Shown here: one piece after another, positions 9,301 through 20,600 of the stretch | How the letters are laid out: every line of letters starts with the position of its first letter | Numbering within the stretch: the stretch's first letter is position 1 | DNA from: Rhodospirillales bacterium | Lineage (GTDB): Bacteria; Pseudomonadota; Alphaproteobacteria; Rhodospirillales; Casp-alpha2 | DNA: 64,000 bases | Assembly: GCA_965228915.1 (NCBI GenBank) | Contig: OZ245847.1 | Location: 873,173 to 937,172, forward strand | Direction: 5' to 3' | The notes under the pieces: model-generated | Database searches by the model: none | Seen by the model: the letters and a program-made list of their open reading frames with translations, nothing else | What the model was told of the DNA's origin: nothing | Program-made: the position numbers and the translations under genes

Positions 9301-10475
9301 AGCGCTCGAACTGCCTCACACAGCTTTTCGATCTCGGTTTCGTCGTTGTAGTAGTGCACCGAGGCGCGCACGACCTCGCTTAAGCCCCGTTTCTCCATGT
9401 CGATCCGGGTCGAGCCGATGCGCGATACCGAGACGTTGATCATCTTTTCGGCCAGCGCCGCCTTGACCCGGTCCGGTTCGACGCCGTCCTTCGTGAACGT
9501 CGTGATGCCGCACTTCTCCGCGCCGATGTCGCGCACGGTGACGCCGGGAATTTTAGCGAGCGAATCGCGCAACCTATCCGCCAACGACGTGATGCGCGCA
9601 TGGATGTCGTCCATCCCCCAGTCGAGCGCGTAATCGACGGCAACGCCGAGCCCGATGACGCCAGCGGTATAGAACTCCCAGTTTTCGAAGCGCTTCGCCG
9701 TCGGCACGATCTCGTAGCTGTCGCGCCCGGTCCAGCTCGCCGCATGCAGGTCGAGGAATACCGGCTCCAGCTCTTCGATCCGGTTCTTGCGGACATAGAG
9801 GAAGCCCGTGCCGCGCGGCCCGCGCAGGTATTTCCGCCCCGTCACCGATAACGCATCGCAGCCGATCTTTTCGACATCGAGCGGGATTTGTCCGGCCGAC
9901 TGGCAGGCATCCAGCAGATACCATGCGCCCGCGTCGCGCGCGATTTTTCCGATCTCTTCGGCCGGATTGACGAGGCCGCCGTTTGTCGGCACGTGGGTCA
10001 CCGCGATCATCTTCACGCGCTCATCGATCATCCCCTTGAGCGCGGCGACATCGACCGCACCCGTGGCGTCGCTGGGGGCGACCACGACTTCGATCCCGCG
10101 CGCCTTCGCGGCCTGCAGATAGGAGATATAGTTCGACGCGTATTCGGCCTCGACGGTGACGATCCGGTCGCCCTCTTTCATCGTCCCGAGCATGGCGTGG
10201 AACGCCTGCAGCCAGGCGACGGAGGCGTTCTCCATCAACGCGACCTCGTCCGCGTCCGCGTTCAAAAGCCGGGCGACGTTATTATACGTACGCTGGATCA
10301 GGGGCTGTGCCCGGGCTGCGGCCTCGTAGCCGCCGAAATCCTGTTCGAGCTGCAGATGCCCGATCACGGCGTCCATCACCGGCGTCGGCATCAATCCGGC
10401 GCCCGCGTTGTTGAAATGGATGACGTTCCTGGTGCCCGGCGTTTCCTTGCGCGCACGCGCGAGATCGATGGCCAT
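9297..10475 (-). CDS. Aminotransferase class V PLP enzyme (cysteine desulfurase/C-S lyase-like)
   Basis: HFNNAGAG, LDACQSAGQ, TGRKYLRGPRGTG (PLP Lys) and VRASVHYYN motifs. Start placed at MAIDLARARKETPG. Confidence 0.88.
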   Translation of the reverse strand: MAIDLARARKETPGTRNVIHFNNAGAGLMPTPVMDAVIGHLQLEQDFGGYEAAARAQPLIQRTYNNVARLLNADADEVALMENASVAWLQAFHAMLGTMKEGDRIVTVEAEYASNYISYLQAAKARGIEVVVAPSDATGAVDVAALKGMIDERVKMIAVTHVPTNGGLVNPAEEIGKIARDAGAWYLLDACQSAGQIPLDVEKIGCDALSVTGRKYLRGPRGTGFLYVRKNRIEELEPVFLDLHAASWTGRDSYEIVPTAKRFENWEFYTAGVIGLGVAVDYALDWGMDDIHARITSLADRLRDSLAKIPGVTVRDIGAEKCGITTFTKDGVEPDRVKAALAEKMINVSVSRIGSTRIDMEKRGLSEVVRASVHYYNDETEIEKLCEAVRAL

Positions 10476-10506
10476 AACTCTCCCCCCCTGACCTGAACCT
10501 GTTCGT

Positions 10507-11178
10507 TTATCGGCAGGGAAGACGGGCATAGTAAAGGGATATATCCCGAATATCCTGTTCGCTCAGGTGGCGGACCTGCGCCTCCATGATCGATGCACGG
10601 CGCTTTTGGCCGCCGTCACTTCCATTTGCGCCCTTGAGGTTCAGCAACTGCTGTTCGAGGTACGCGGCGTCCTGGCCGGCGATGTTGGGGACATTCCTGT
10701 TGGAGGCGATGCCACGTTCGCCATGGCAGACCTGACAGCGGACTTCGAACTGCGGCGCGGTCAGTAGAGGACCGGCAGATTCGGTGTGACAGGGTTGGCG
10801 GGAATAATAGGCCGCCAGATCCTCGATATCCTTGTCGCTCAGATTGAACACGAAAGCGTCCATGATCTCGTTACTGCGGCGCTGGCGCAGCAACTCGCTG
10901 TAATCGTGTTCAGGTTTATCGACGACCCCCGTCCGGCTCTGCGCCGACGTCCGCATCTCGCGGAGTTGCTTGACCAGATAAAAGTACTTCTGGTTGGCAA
11001 GATTGGGAAAGCCGTCGATCCGGCTGTTGCCGCTGCCGCCGTGGCAGCCTTCGCACTGTTTCGCGAGCACGGCACCACGCGCGGCGTCGCCGTGATGCGC
11101 GGCATATGCCGGATAGCACGTAAAAATCGAAAAAATCAGCAGGGCAAGAGCCAGGCGGGCGGGCATGGATGACTCCAT
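10507..11178 (-). CDS. Di-heme cytochrome c4/c553-type
   Basis: Signal peptide, two CxxCH motifs (CEGCH, CQVCH), each followed by P-x-L/I-A-x-Q-x3-YL-x2-QL and a distal Met. Confidence 0.88.
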   Translation of the reverse strand: MESSMPARLALALLIFSIFTCYPAYAAHHGDAARGAVLAKQCEGCHGGSGNSRIDGFPNLANQKYFYLVKQLREMRTSAQSRTGVVDKPEHDYSELLRQRRSNEIMDAFVFNLSDKDIEDLAAYYSRQPCHTESAGPLLTAPQFEVRCQVCHGERGIASNRNVPNIAGQDAAYLEQQLLNLKGANGSDGGQKRRASIMEAQVRHLSEQDIRDISLYYARLPCR

Positions 11179-11237
11179 TGTTCTTGTTGGAGTTCCATTG
11201 TGACCGACGAAGCTGATCGTAACCTGTCAGGCGCGGT

Positions 11238-12281
11238 TTATTTGACCGGCGGCACGCCCTTGGTGGTCGAATACTCGAAGTGCAGCGCCTTGTCCGGGAA
11301 CACGGTCTTGTATGCGTGATGCGCGGCGAACGCGGCTTCGGAAAAGCCGGTCAGGATCAGCTTCAGCTTGCCCGGATAGTCGGAGACATCGCCGATCGCG
11401 TAAATGCCCGGCACGCCCGTTTCCGCGGTCGCCGGATCGGTGGGGATCCCGGCGTTATCGGCGCCCAGCCCCCACTCGCGGATCGGCCCCAGGCTCTGCT
11501 GCAGCCCGAAGAACGGCAACAGCACATCCGCGTCAAGCCGGCGTTCCTCCCCGTCCAGATCGGCGACGATGACCGCTGCGAGCGTGCCGCCGTCCCCTTC
11601 CAGCGCCTGCAACTGATAGGGGGTCACCAGATCGATCATGCCGTCGTCGGCCAAAAGCTTCATCCGCCGGACCGATTCGTCCATGGCGCGGAACCGGTCG
11701 CGGCGGTGCACGACCATCACTTTCTTGGCGACGCCCGATAGCTGAACCGCCCAGTCGACGGCGCTGTCGCCGCCGCCCGCGATCACCACCCGTTTGCCGG
11801 CGAAGTCCTTCACCGTCCGCACCAGATATTTGACGCCGAGCCCGGGGCCCTGCGCCTCGTAATCCTCGATCCCCGCCAGCGGCGGACGCTTCGGTCCGAA
11901 CGCGCCGACCCCGGCGGCGATGATCACCACCTTCGCCAAAATCTCGGTCCCGGCCGAGGTCGAAAGGCGGAAACTCCCGGCTTCGCCCGCTAACCCCGTA
12001 ACCTGCTGATTCAGGTGGATATGCGGCTCGAACGCCTGCATCTGACGCTCGAGATTGCGGATCAGATCCGCCGCAGATGTCTCGGGCAATCCGGGGATGT
12101 CGTAGATCGGCTTTTCCGGATAAAGCGCCGAACACTGCCCGCCGATATCGTCGAGCGCGTCGATGACCCGGCATTTCATCCCCAGCATGCCGCATTCGAA
12201 GACCGCGAACAGGCCGACCGGGCCGGCACCGACGATGGCGACGTCGGTGTCGAACTGCTCTGAGGGGGACGTGACTGTCAC
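11238..12281 (-). CDS. Ferredoxin-NADP+ reductase, thioredoxin-reductase-like type
   Basis: GAGPVGLF, GGQCSALYPEKPIYDIPG, GGGDSAVDWA, GIYAIGD and KLKLILTGFSEAA motifs; no redox CxxC. Confidence 0.88.
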   Translation of the reverse strand: MTVTSPSEQFDTDVAIVGAGPVGLFAVFECGMLGMKCRVIDALDDIGGQCSALYPEKPIYDIPGLPETSAADLIRNLERQMQAFEPHIHLNQQVTGLAGEAGSFRLSTSAGTEILAKVVIIAAGVGAFGPKRPPLAGIEDYEAQGPGLGVKYLVRTVKDFAGKRVVIAGGGDSAVDWAVQLSGVAKKVMVVHRRDRFRAMDESVRRMKLLADDGMIDLVTPYQLQALEGDGGTLAAVIVADLDGEERRLDADVLLPFFGLQQSLGPIREWGLGADNAGIPTDPATAETGVPGIYAIGDVSDYPGKLKLILTGFSEAAFAAHHAYKTVFPDKALHFEYSTTKGVPPVK

Positions 12282-12379
12282 GTGATACGATCCTTTGTGC
12301 GGTGCTCAACTAGGATGGGTGCGCCCGGCGGGCGGTTCAAGTCTTGTTCGGTATTGCGGTGCCATATACAAACTGAGGC

Positions 12380-12871
12380 ATGGGTGATCGGCCAAACATT
12401 ATATTAAGGTTCGACGTCGCCGACGAAAGCGGAACCGCCGCATTCGCGGCCCGTCTGGCGAGTGTCCTGAAGCCCGGCGACATCGTCGCCCTCGACGGGA
12501 CGCTGGGCGCGGGCAAGACCGCCTTCGCCCGCGCATTGATCAATGCGCTGCCGGGCGAACCCGAGGACGTCCCGAGCCCGACCTTCACCCTGGTCCAGAC
12601 CTATAGCCGCGGCAATCTGGAAATCTTTCATTTTGATCTCTACCGAATCGAAGATGCGGAAGAGGCTTTCGAACTCGGGATCGAGGACGCCTTCGCCGAC
12701 GCCGTCAGCCTGATCGAATGGCCGGAGCGGCTGGGCACGCTGTTGCCCCGGAAACATTTGAACGTCCATATCGAGGAAACGCCCGCCGGGCGGCGGATCA
12801 CGCTTAGCGGCAACGACGACTGGCGCGCACGGCTCGCCCCCCTGTTCGCGGAGCGCGCTTCACATGGATGA
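12380..12871 (+). CDS. tsaE: tRNA threonylcarbamoyladenosine biosynthesis ATPase
   Basis: GTLGAGKTAF, VPSPTFTLVQTY, HFDLYRI and IEWPER motifs. Confidence 0.95.
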   Translation: MGDRPNIILRFDVADESGTAAFAARLASVLKPGDIVALDGTLGAGKTAFARALINALPGEPEDVPSPTFTLVQTYSRGNLEIFHFDLYRIEDAEEAFELGIEDAFADAVSLIEWPERLGTLLPRKHLNVHIEETPAGRRITLSGNDDWRARLAPLFAERASHG

Positions 12872-13898
12872 CAAGCGCACGGAATCCCGGCTCAACTTCC
12901 TCGCCAACGCGGGCTGGGCCGGCGCCAAGGTCGAGGTGCTGGCCGCCGACGCCTCGTTCCGTAGCTATTACCGGGTTGGTCACGGCGAGCGCCGCTGCGT
13001 GCTGATGGACGCCCCGCCCCCTGAAGAGGACGTGCGCCCGTTCGTCACCGTCGCGCGCTATCTGGGCCAACTCGGTTTCAGCGCGCCGAAGATCCTCGCC
13101 GAGGACGAGCGCCGCGGTTTCCTGTTGCTGGAAGACTTAGGGGACGACACCTACACACGCGTGTTCGACGCCGGCGGCGATCAGGAACAGCTTTACGAGA
13201 TCGCGGTCGACACCCTTGTTCATCTGCACGAACTGTCGTCGGCCAAGACCGCACCCGCGGAGATCCCGCCCTACGATATGGAGAAACTCGTCGCCGAAGC
13301 GATGCTGTTCGTGGATTGGTATATGCCCGCCGTCGGCAGACCGGTTTCGGACAAGGCGCGGCGCGCTTACGAAGACGCCTGGCGGACGGCATTCACGGAC
13401 GTCGCCGAGAAACGCGAAACTCTCGTGCTTCGCGATTATCACGTCGACAATCTGATGTGGCTGCCGGCGCGCGCCGGCACTGCGCGTTGCGGACTGCTGG
13501 ATTTTCAGGACGCGCTGATCGGCGCCCGCGCCTACGACCTGATGTCGCTGATCGAGGATGCGCGGCGCGACGTCGATCACAATCGCGCCGACCGGCTGAT
13601 CTCACGCTACGTCGCCGCCTGCGGCGATGTCCACGAAACCGCGCTCCGGCGCGATATCGCCATTCTTGGCGCCGGGCGGCACGCGAAAGTCATCGGGATT
13701 TTCACGCGTCTCTGCAACCGCGATGGCAAGCCGCAGTATCTCGCGCACATTCCGCGCGTGTGGCGATTGCTCGAATACGATCTCGGGCACTCCGCCCTCA
13801 AACCCTGCGCCGAATGGTTCAGGGAAAATGTCCCCGCCGAGCTGCGCGTCACGCCCACCGCTAAAGTGCAGCCCACGGAAGCCGCCAATGACCGTTGA
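12864..13898 (+). CDS. amgK: Anomeric MurNAc/GlcNAc kinase (APH family)
   Basis: ADASFRSYYR, LLEDLGD, RDYHVDNLM and LDFQDAL motifs; located between tsaE and murU. Confidence 0.85.
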   Translation: MDDKRTESRLNFLANAGWAGAKVEVLAADASFRSYYRVGHGERRCVLMDAPPPEEDVRPFVTVARYLGQLGFSAPKILAEDERRGFLLLEDLGDDTYTRVFDAGGDQEQLYEIAVDTLVHLHELSSAKTAPAEIPPYDMEKLVAEAMLFVDWYMPAVGRPVSDKARRAYEDAWRTAFTDVAEKRETLVLRDYHVDNLMWLPARAGTARCGLLDFQDALIGARAYDLMSLIEDARRDVDHNRADRLISRYVAACGDVHETALRRDIAILGAGRHAKVIGIFTRLCNRDGKPQYLAHIPRVWRLLEYDLGHSALKPCAEWFRENVPAELRVTPTAKVQPTEAANDR

Positions 13899-14634
13899 TA
13901 TTCCGAAAACTGCGATGGTGCTGTCGGCGGGCTTCGGCAAGCGCATGCGGCCTTTGACCGACGACACCCCGAAGCCGATGCTGGCGCTCAACGGCAAGCC
14001 GCTGATCGGGCATGTCATGGACCGCCTCGCCGCAACGGGTGTCGAGCGCGCCGTCGTCAACCTGCACTATCTCGGCGATCAGATCCGTGCGTATCTGTCG
14101 GCCGAAGACCGGCTCGACGTCATCTTCACCGAAGAACCGGACCTTCTGGAGACCGGGGGCGGCGTCAAGAACGCGCTCGGCCCCCTGACCGAAACGGGCA
14201 CCCATCCGTTCTATGTTGTGAATTCGGATGCGTTTTGGCTCGACGGGTACGAAGACACCCTGATGCGCCTGGCGCGGGAATGGAAGGACGACCTCATGGA
14301 CGGGCTCTTGCTTTTGCAGGGCACGGTCGAAAGCCACGGTTACATGGGCCCCGGCGATTTCGTCGCCGACCCGAATGGTAAACTCGCGCGCCGCCCGGAG
14401 ATGGAGGTCGCGCCATGGCTGTTCGCGGGCGTGCAGATATTGCATCCGCGGCTCTTCGACGATAGTCCCGATGGCGCGTGGTCGTTGAACGTGGTCTTCG
14501 ACAAGGCGATCGAAGGCGACCGGCTCTATGGCGTGATCCACGACGGCGAGTGGTTTCATATCGGCACGCCGGACGGCCTGAACGAAGCCGAAGAGTTCCT
14601 CAACCTCCCCTTCGCGGGCGAAAAGAAAAGATAA
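13888..14634 (+). CDS. murU: MurNAc alpha-1-phosphate uridylyltransferase
   Basis: AMVLSAGFGKRMRPLTDDTPKPM, LLETGGG and WFHIGTP motifs. Start at ATG 13888 overlaps the amgK end. Confidence 0.85.
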   Translation: MTVDIPKTAMVLSAGFGKRMRPLTDDTPKPMLALNGKPLIGHVMDRLAATGVERAVVNLHYLGDQIRAYLSAEDRLDVIFTEEPDLLETGGGVKNALGPLTETGTHPFYVVNSDAFWLDGYEDTLMRLAREWKDDLMDGLLLLQGTVESHGYMGPGDFVADPNGKLARRPEMEVAPWLFAGVQILHPRLFDDSPDGAWSLNVVFDKAIEGDRLYGVIHDGEWFHIGTPDGLNEAEEFLNLPFAGEKKR

Positions 14635-14638
14635 GCCC

Positions 14639-17602
14639 ATGTTCGATGCGCCGGCGCCACGGATAGCGACGATCTCGAGCGGCGTCGCCTTCGTGGACGC
14701 GCTGGCGAAGCGTCTTCTGGCGGAAGCCGACGGCGATCCGATGGCGCTCGCGGAGATGCGTGTGCTGCTGCCGACGCGGCGCGCCTGCCGGGCGCTGGCG
14801 GAGGCGTTTCTCAGGCTCGGCGGCGGCAAGGCGCAGCTTTTACCGACGATGACGCCCTTGGGCGACATGGACGAGGAAGAACTGACCATCGCCGAGGCCG
14901 GGCTGCCGCCCGGCGCCGATCAGGCCCTCGACCTCCCCCCGGCGATCTCGGGTCTCAGGCGGCAGCTTTTGCTGGCGACGGCGGTCATGGCGCTGCCGGA
15001 TCACCGGATGCACCCGGAGCACGCGACGGCCCTCGCCCTCGAACTTGCCAAGCTGATCGACCGCCTCGCGACGGAGAACTGCAACGCCGAGGATATCCGC
15101 GGGCTTGTCAGCGAGGGGGAGGACTATGCCGCCCACTGGCAGCGCGTGCTCAGGTTTCTCGAAATCCTCATATCTGCCTGGCCGGACATCCTCAAAGCCG
15201 AAGGCTGCATCGACCCTGCCCAGCGGCGGAACGCGCTGTTGAGCGCGCAGGCGCGGTTCTGGCAGGAATCCCCGCCGACGACACCCGTCATCGCCGCGGG
15301 CTCGACCGGTTCGATTCCGGCGACGGCGGATCTACTCGGTGTCGTCGCGAAACTTCCCAAGGGGATCGTGGTTTTACCGGGGTTGGACACGACAATGCCG
15401 GATGACGCGTGGCAATATCTCGGCCCCAGCCATCCGCAGTTCGGCCTCAGGCAACTATTGAACCGCCTCGACGTCGCGCGGGACATGGTCGCCGATTTCA
15501 CCGGCGACGGTGAAAATGCGCGCGCCCGGCTGATATCCGCCGCGCTGACGCCGGCGAAAGCCGCGCTCCCCGCGCCGCCGGCGGCCGCTGATATCGACGC
15601 CGCGCTCGAACGTGTGACCCGCGTCGACTGCCCGGGCGCCAGCGAGGAAGCCGCGGTGATCGCGCTTGCCATGCGCCGCACCCTCGAAACACCCGAGAAG
15701 ACCTGCGCGCTGGTAACCCCCGACCGCAGCCTTGCGCGCCGGGTCGCGGCGCAGCTTCGCCGCTGGGATCTGGAGGTGGACGATTCCGCCGGGGTCCCCC
15801 TGGCGCAGACGCCGCCGGGCGCGTTCCTGCGTTTGGTCGCCGACGCCGCCGCCGAGAAATTCGCCCCGGTGCCCCTGCTGGCGCTGCTCAAGCATCCGCT
15901 CGCGTCGGGCGGGCTGGCAACGGGCGACTTCCGGTCGCTGGTGCGCGGGTTCGAGATCGCCGCGCTTCGCGGCCCGCGTCCGGCCCCGGGCATCAAGGGG
16001 CTGCGCGCCGCGCTTGGTAAGGATAAGAAGACAGCCCATCTGCGCCCGCTGCTCGACATCGTCGAGAAGACCCTCGCCCCGCTGAGTGATCTTTTGACGC
16101 ACGACAGCGTCGACTTCGCCGAATTGCTGACCGCACATATCCAGACCGCGGAAAAACTGGCGGCCGACAAAGACCTCGGCGGCGATCAGAAACTGTGGGC
16201 GGGGGACGCCGGGGAGGCCGCCGTCCGCTTCGTCGAGGAACTGAAGGAAGCCGTCGGCGTACTCGGGTCGCAACCCGGCGTGACCTACGCCCCCATGTTC
16301 GACGGGCTGATGTCGGGCCGCGTCGTCCGGCCCCGCTTCGGCACGCACCCCCGCCTGCACATCTGGGGGCTGCTGGAAGCGCGCCTGCAACACACCGACA
16401 CCGTGATCCTCGGCGGTCTCAACGAGGGCACCTGGCCGCCGGAGTCGGAGAGCAATCCGTGGATGAGCCGGCCGATGATGGCGGAGATCGGTCTCGAAAT
16501 GCCCGAGCGGCGTATCGGCCTGACGGCGCACGACTTTCAACAAGCCTTCGCTGCGCCGGAAGTCATCCTGACCCGCGCCGAACGGCTGGGCGGCGCGCCG
16601 ACGGTCCCTTCGCGCTGGCTCTTGAGGATCGACAATCTTCTGGAGCGCGCCGGCGCAGGCGGCCGGCTTGGCGCCGATGATACCGCTCCCTGGCTCGGCT
16701 GGATCGAGAAACTCGATCACGGCGAACGGGACACGGTCCGGCCGCCCAAGCCGGTGCCGCCGCTCGATGCCCGTCCCAAGAGATTGTCCGTCACCCAGAT
16801 CGAAACCCTGATCCGCGACCCCTATGCCGTCTATGCGCGGCATATATTGAAACTGAAAGCGCTCGACCCGCTCGACGCGGACCCCGGCGCCGCCGAACGC
16901 GGCAGCCTGATTCACGAGGCGCTTGAGATCTTCGTCCGCAAATACCCGGATCAGATCCCCGACGACGCCGAACGGCGGCTGATCGCGATCGGCGCCGAGG
17001 TGTTCGCCGATCATCTGGCGCGGCCCGGCGTGCGCGCCTTCTGGTGGCCGCGCTTCGAACGCATCGCCAGGTGGTTCGTCGACTGGCAGCGCGAAAGACT
17101 CGCTGAAGGCTGGCAGGTCAACTTTGCCGAGGAGACCGGCAAGCACATCGTCACCGCCGTCGAAGGGGGCTTCGAGATCACCGCCAAGCCCGACCGAATC
17201 GATTATCGCCCCGGCGTCGGGCTTTCTATCATCGACTACAAGACCGGCCAGCCGCCGACCGATAAACAGGTCAATAGCGGCTTCAGCCCGCAACTCCCCC
17301 TCGAGGCAGTGATGGCGAAAGAGGGCGCGTTCAAGGGCGTGCCCGCCGAGGATGCGGCAGAGCTTCTCTATATCCGCCTCTCGGGCGGCCGCGCGCCCGG
17401 CGAGGCGCGGCCCCTCAAGCTCGATATCCCCGAACTGATCGAAAAGACGATGGAAGGCGTCAACCGCCTCGTCGTGCAGTACGCCGACCCGAAACGCGCC
17501 TATCTCTCGACCCCGCGTCCGCAGTTCGAAAACCGCTTCAGCGACTATGACCACCTGGCCCGCGTCGCCGAATGGCGCAGCGGCGGCGAGGAGGACGCAT
17601 GA
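14639..17602 (+). CDS. addB: Double-strand break repair nuclease subunit AddB
   Basis: VLLPTRRA, AAGSTGS, LVTPDR, WGLLEARL, LIRDPY and C-terminal nuclease PDRID...IIDYKTG. Confidence 0.93.
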   Translation: MFDAPAPRIATISSGVAFVDALAKRLLAEADGDPMALAEMRVLLPTRRACRALAEAFLRLGGGKAQLLPTMTPLGDMDEEELTIAEAGLPPGADQALDLPPAISGLRRQLLLATAVMALPDHRMHPEHATALALELAKLIDRLATENCNAEDIRGLVSEGEDYAAHWQRVLRFLEILISAWPDILKAEGCIDPAQRRNALLSAQARFWQESPPTTPVIAAGSTGSIPATADLLGVVAKLPKGIVVLPGLDTTMPDDAWQYLGPSHPQFGLRQLLNRLDVARDMVADFTGDGENARARLISAALTPAKAALPAPPAAADIDAALERVTRVDCPGASEEAAVIALAMRRTLETPEKTCALVTPDRSLARRVAAQLRRWDLEVDDSAGVPLAQTPPGAFLRLVADAAAEKFAPVPLLALLKHPLASGGLATGDFRSLVRGFEIAALRGPRPAPGIKGLRAALGKDKKTAHLRPLLDIVEKTLAPLSDLLTHDSVDFAELLTAHIQTAEKLAADKDLGGDQKLWAGDAGEAAVRFVEELKEAVGVLGSQPGVTYAPMFDGLMSGRVVRPRFGTHPRLHIWGLLEARLQHTDTVILGGLNEGTWPPESESNPWMSRPMMAEIGLEMPERRIGLTAHDFQQAFAAPEVILTRAERLGGAPTVPSRWLLRIDNLLERAGAGGRLGADDTAPWLGWIEKLDHGERDTVRPPKPVPPLDARPKRLSVTQIETLIRDPYAVYARHILKLKALDPLDADPGAAERGSLIHEALEIFVRKYPDQIPDDAERRLIAIGAEVFADHLARPGVRAFWWPRFERIARWFVDWQRERLAEGWQVNFAEETGKHIVTAVEGGFEITAKPDRIDYRPGVGLSIIDYKTGQPPTDKQVNSGFSPQLPLEAVMAKEGAFKGVPAEDAAELLYIRLSGGRAPGEARPLKLDIPELIEKTMEGVNRLVVQYADPKRAYLSTPRPQFENRFSDYDHLARVAEWRSGGEEDA

Positions 17603-20600
17603 CCGTAGAGAGCGCCTACCCGATCCGTAACCGCACCGGCCAGCAGATCGCCGCCGCGCAACCGGAAGCGTCCGTATGGGTGTCGGCCAACGCCGGCACG
17701 GGTAAGACGGGCGTTCTCGTCGACCGCATCTCGCGGTTGCTGCTGACGGGGGTCGAGCCCGAGCGCATCCTGTGCCTCACCTTCACCAAGGCCGCCGCCG
17801 CGGAAATGGCCAACCGGCTGGCCGAACTTCTCGGCCGCTGGGCGGCGATGCCGGACGACATCCTGACACGGGAACTGCATGCGCTGGGCGAGAACCCGGT
17901 CGATGAAGCGCTTCTCATTCGCGCGCGCAGCCTGTTCGCGATGACCCTCGAAGCGCCGGAAGGGCTCCGCATCCGCACCATTCACGCGTTCTGTGAGTCG
18001 TTGCTGGGCCGCTTCCCGCTCGAAGCCGAGATCACGCCCGACTTCCGCGTCATGGACGACCGCGACCAGCGCGAACTTCAGCTGCAGGCCCGCGATCAGG
18101 TGCTCGCAGACCCCGCGGCGCGCGGCACCGATCTGACCGGCGCGCTCTCCGCCGTCGCCGCGCTGGTGAACGAGGAACAGTTCGCCGGATTGATGAAGGA
18201 GCTGGACGGCACCCGGACAAGGTTCCGCGATGCGCTGGCGCGCCACGGCGGACCGAAGGGGTTGGGGGATGCGGTCTATGCCTCGCTCGGAATCGATCCC
18301 GCGACCACCGCCGACGACGTGCTCCGCGCCGCCTGCGAACTCGACGAGGATACCCGCGCCGATCTCGAACGCCTCTGTGCCGCATGGGACGAGGGCGCCG
18401 CGACCAACAAGGAAGCCGCCGCCACTGTTCGCAATTGGCTGGCGCTTGAACCCGAGAAACGCGAACCGCTCTGGAGGCCGGTGCTCGTAAAAGCGTTCCT
18501 GACTGACAAGGAAGAGATTCGCAAGCCGGACCGCCTCGTCGCCAAGGCGGCGCGAGAATTCGACGACGGCGCGCAGGATATCGCGCTCGACTATGCCAGC
18601 CGGCTCAAGTCGATCCTCGATCTTCTGAAGGCGATCAACGTCGCCGCCGCGACCCGCGCCCTGATCGGCGTCGGCGCGGCGCTGATCGACGCCTATGAAA
18701 ACATCAAGGAACGCCACGCGCGGCTCGATTACGACGATCTGATCCAGCACGCGTCGCGCCTGCTGAACAGCGCCGCCGGTGTCAGCTGGGTTCATTACAA
18801 GCTCGACGGCGGCATCGAACACGTGCTGGTCGACGAAGCGCAGGACACCAGCCCCGACCAGTGGCAGGTGATCGAGGAGATCGCGTCGGATTTTTTTACC
18901 GGTCAGAGCCGCTACGAGGAAACCGCCGAGCGGCCGCGCACGGTGTTCGCAGTCGGCGACGAGAAACAATCGATCTACAGCTTCCAGGGCGCCGACCCGG
19001 TGATGTTCGGTACCATGCGGAACCGCTTCGGTGAGCAGGTCACCACCATCGGCCATGTCTGGAAGCCGGTCGATATGGCGGAGAGCTTCCGCTCCGGCCC
19101 GGCGATACTGGATATCGTGGACAAGGTGTTCGAAAACGAAGACGCGGCGCGCGGCCTCAGCTTCGCCGGCGAGAAGGTGCATCACTATTCCGCGCGCCAG
19201 GGCCAGGCAGGCTCGGTGACGCTGTGGCCCAAGGAAGAGCCGGGCGAGGACGACGGCGACGACGATCCGTGGGACGTGCCGCTCGATCACATCGGCGCCG
19301 ACAGTCCGCTGGCGCGGGTCGCGGTCAGGATCGCCGATACGGTCGATCAGTGGATCAAGTCGGGCGAGATTTTGCCGGCGCAGGGCCGCACCGTCCGGCC
19401 AGGCGACGTGCTGATCCTCGTGCAGCGCCGGCGGCGCATGGCGGAACTGCTGGTCGCGGCGCTGAAAGAGCGCGGCATCCCGGTGTCGGGGCGCGACCGC
19501 ATGATCCTGCCCGATCAGCTGGTCATTCAGGACCTGATCGCGCTCGGCCGGCTGTCGCTGCTCCCCGGCGACGACCTGAATACCGCGACGGTCCTGAAAG
19601 GGCCGCTGGTCGGATTGACGGAAGAGCAGTTGTTCGAGGTCGCCTATAACCGCGACGGCACGGTGCTCGATGCGTTACGCGCCAAACAGGGCGACGATCC
19701 CGCCTTTGCCGCCGCGTGGCAGCAGATTTCCGAATGGCGCGCCCGCGCCGACTTCACCCCGCCGTTCGAGTTCTTCTCGGGCGTACTGCATGCCGATCAG
19801 GGTAGAAAGAAGCTGCTCGCACGGCTCGGCCCCGACGCCGCCGACCCGATCGACGATTTTCTCGCCGCCGCGCTCGATTTCGAAAGCGATCACGTCCCCT
19901 CGATGGAGGGCTTCCTGCACTGGATCGAGGTCGGCAACGCGGAGGTGAAGCGCGATCTCGAACAGGGCCGGAACGAGGTCCGCGTCATGACGGTGCACGG
20001 CGCGAAGGGATTGCAGGCGGAAATCGTGTTTCTGGCCGACGCGTGCTCGGTCCCGGCGCCACAGACCGACGACCGGATCCGCTGGCTGGACGACGGCGCG
20101 CTGCCGGTCTGGCCGGCGTTCGCCGACGACGAGACCGAGGATCTGAAATCGATCAAGGCGCGCAGGCGCGCCGCCGCCCTGGAAGAATACCGGCGGCTAT
20201 TGTATGTCGCTTTGACCCGCGCCAAGGACCGCCTCTACGTCACCGGGTTCACCAACAAACGCCCGTCCAAAGAAACGTCGTGGTACGACATGGTCGAAGG
20301 CGCGATCGGCGAACTCGGCGACCCTGTCCCCGAAGCCGACGGGCGCATCGCTGTCACCTATCAAAAGCCGCAAACCGAAGACCCCGACGGCGGAGGGCGG
20401 GATGACAGAAAAACCGCCACCGACGTCCCGCTTCCCGGCTGGGCGACGGCGTTGCCCGCAGGTGAGCCGCTACCGCCCAACCCGTTGAGCCCGTCCCGTC
20501 CCGACGATGAGGAACCTCCGGCCCGTTCGCCGCTGGACAGCGACGACGGGCGGCGCTTCAAACGCGGCAACGTGGTGCACGCGTTGATGCAGACGTTGCC

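Noticed and set aside
15455-19290. Very long antisense ORFs (699 aa and 581 aa) opposite addB/addA
   Set aside because: They are shadow frames expected from strong GC3 codon bias. They carry no motifs, and the sense genes are unambiguous.
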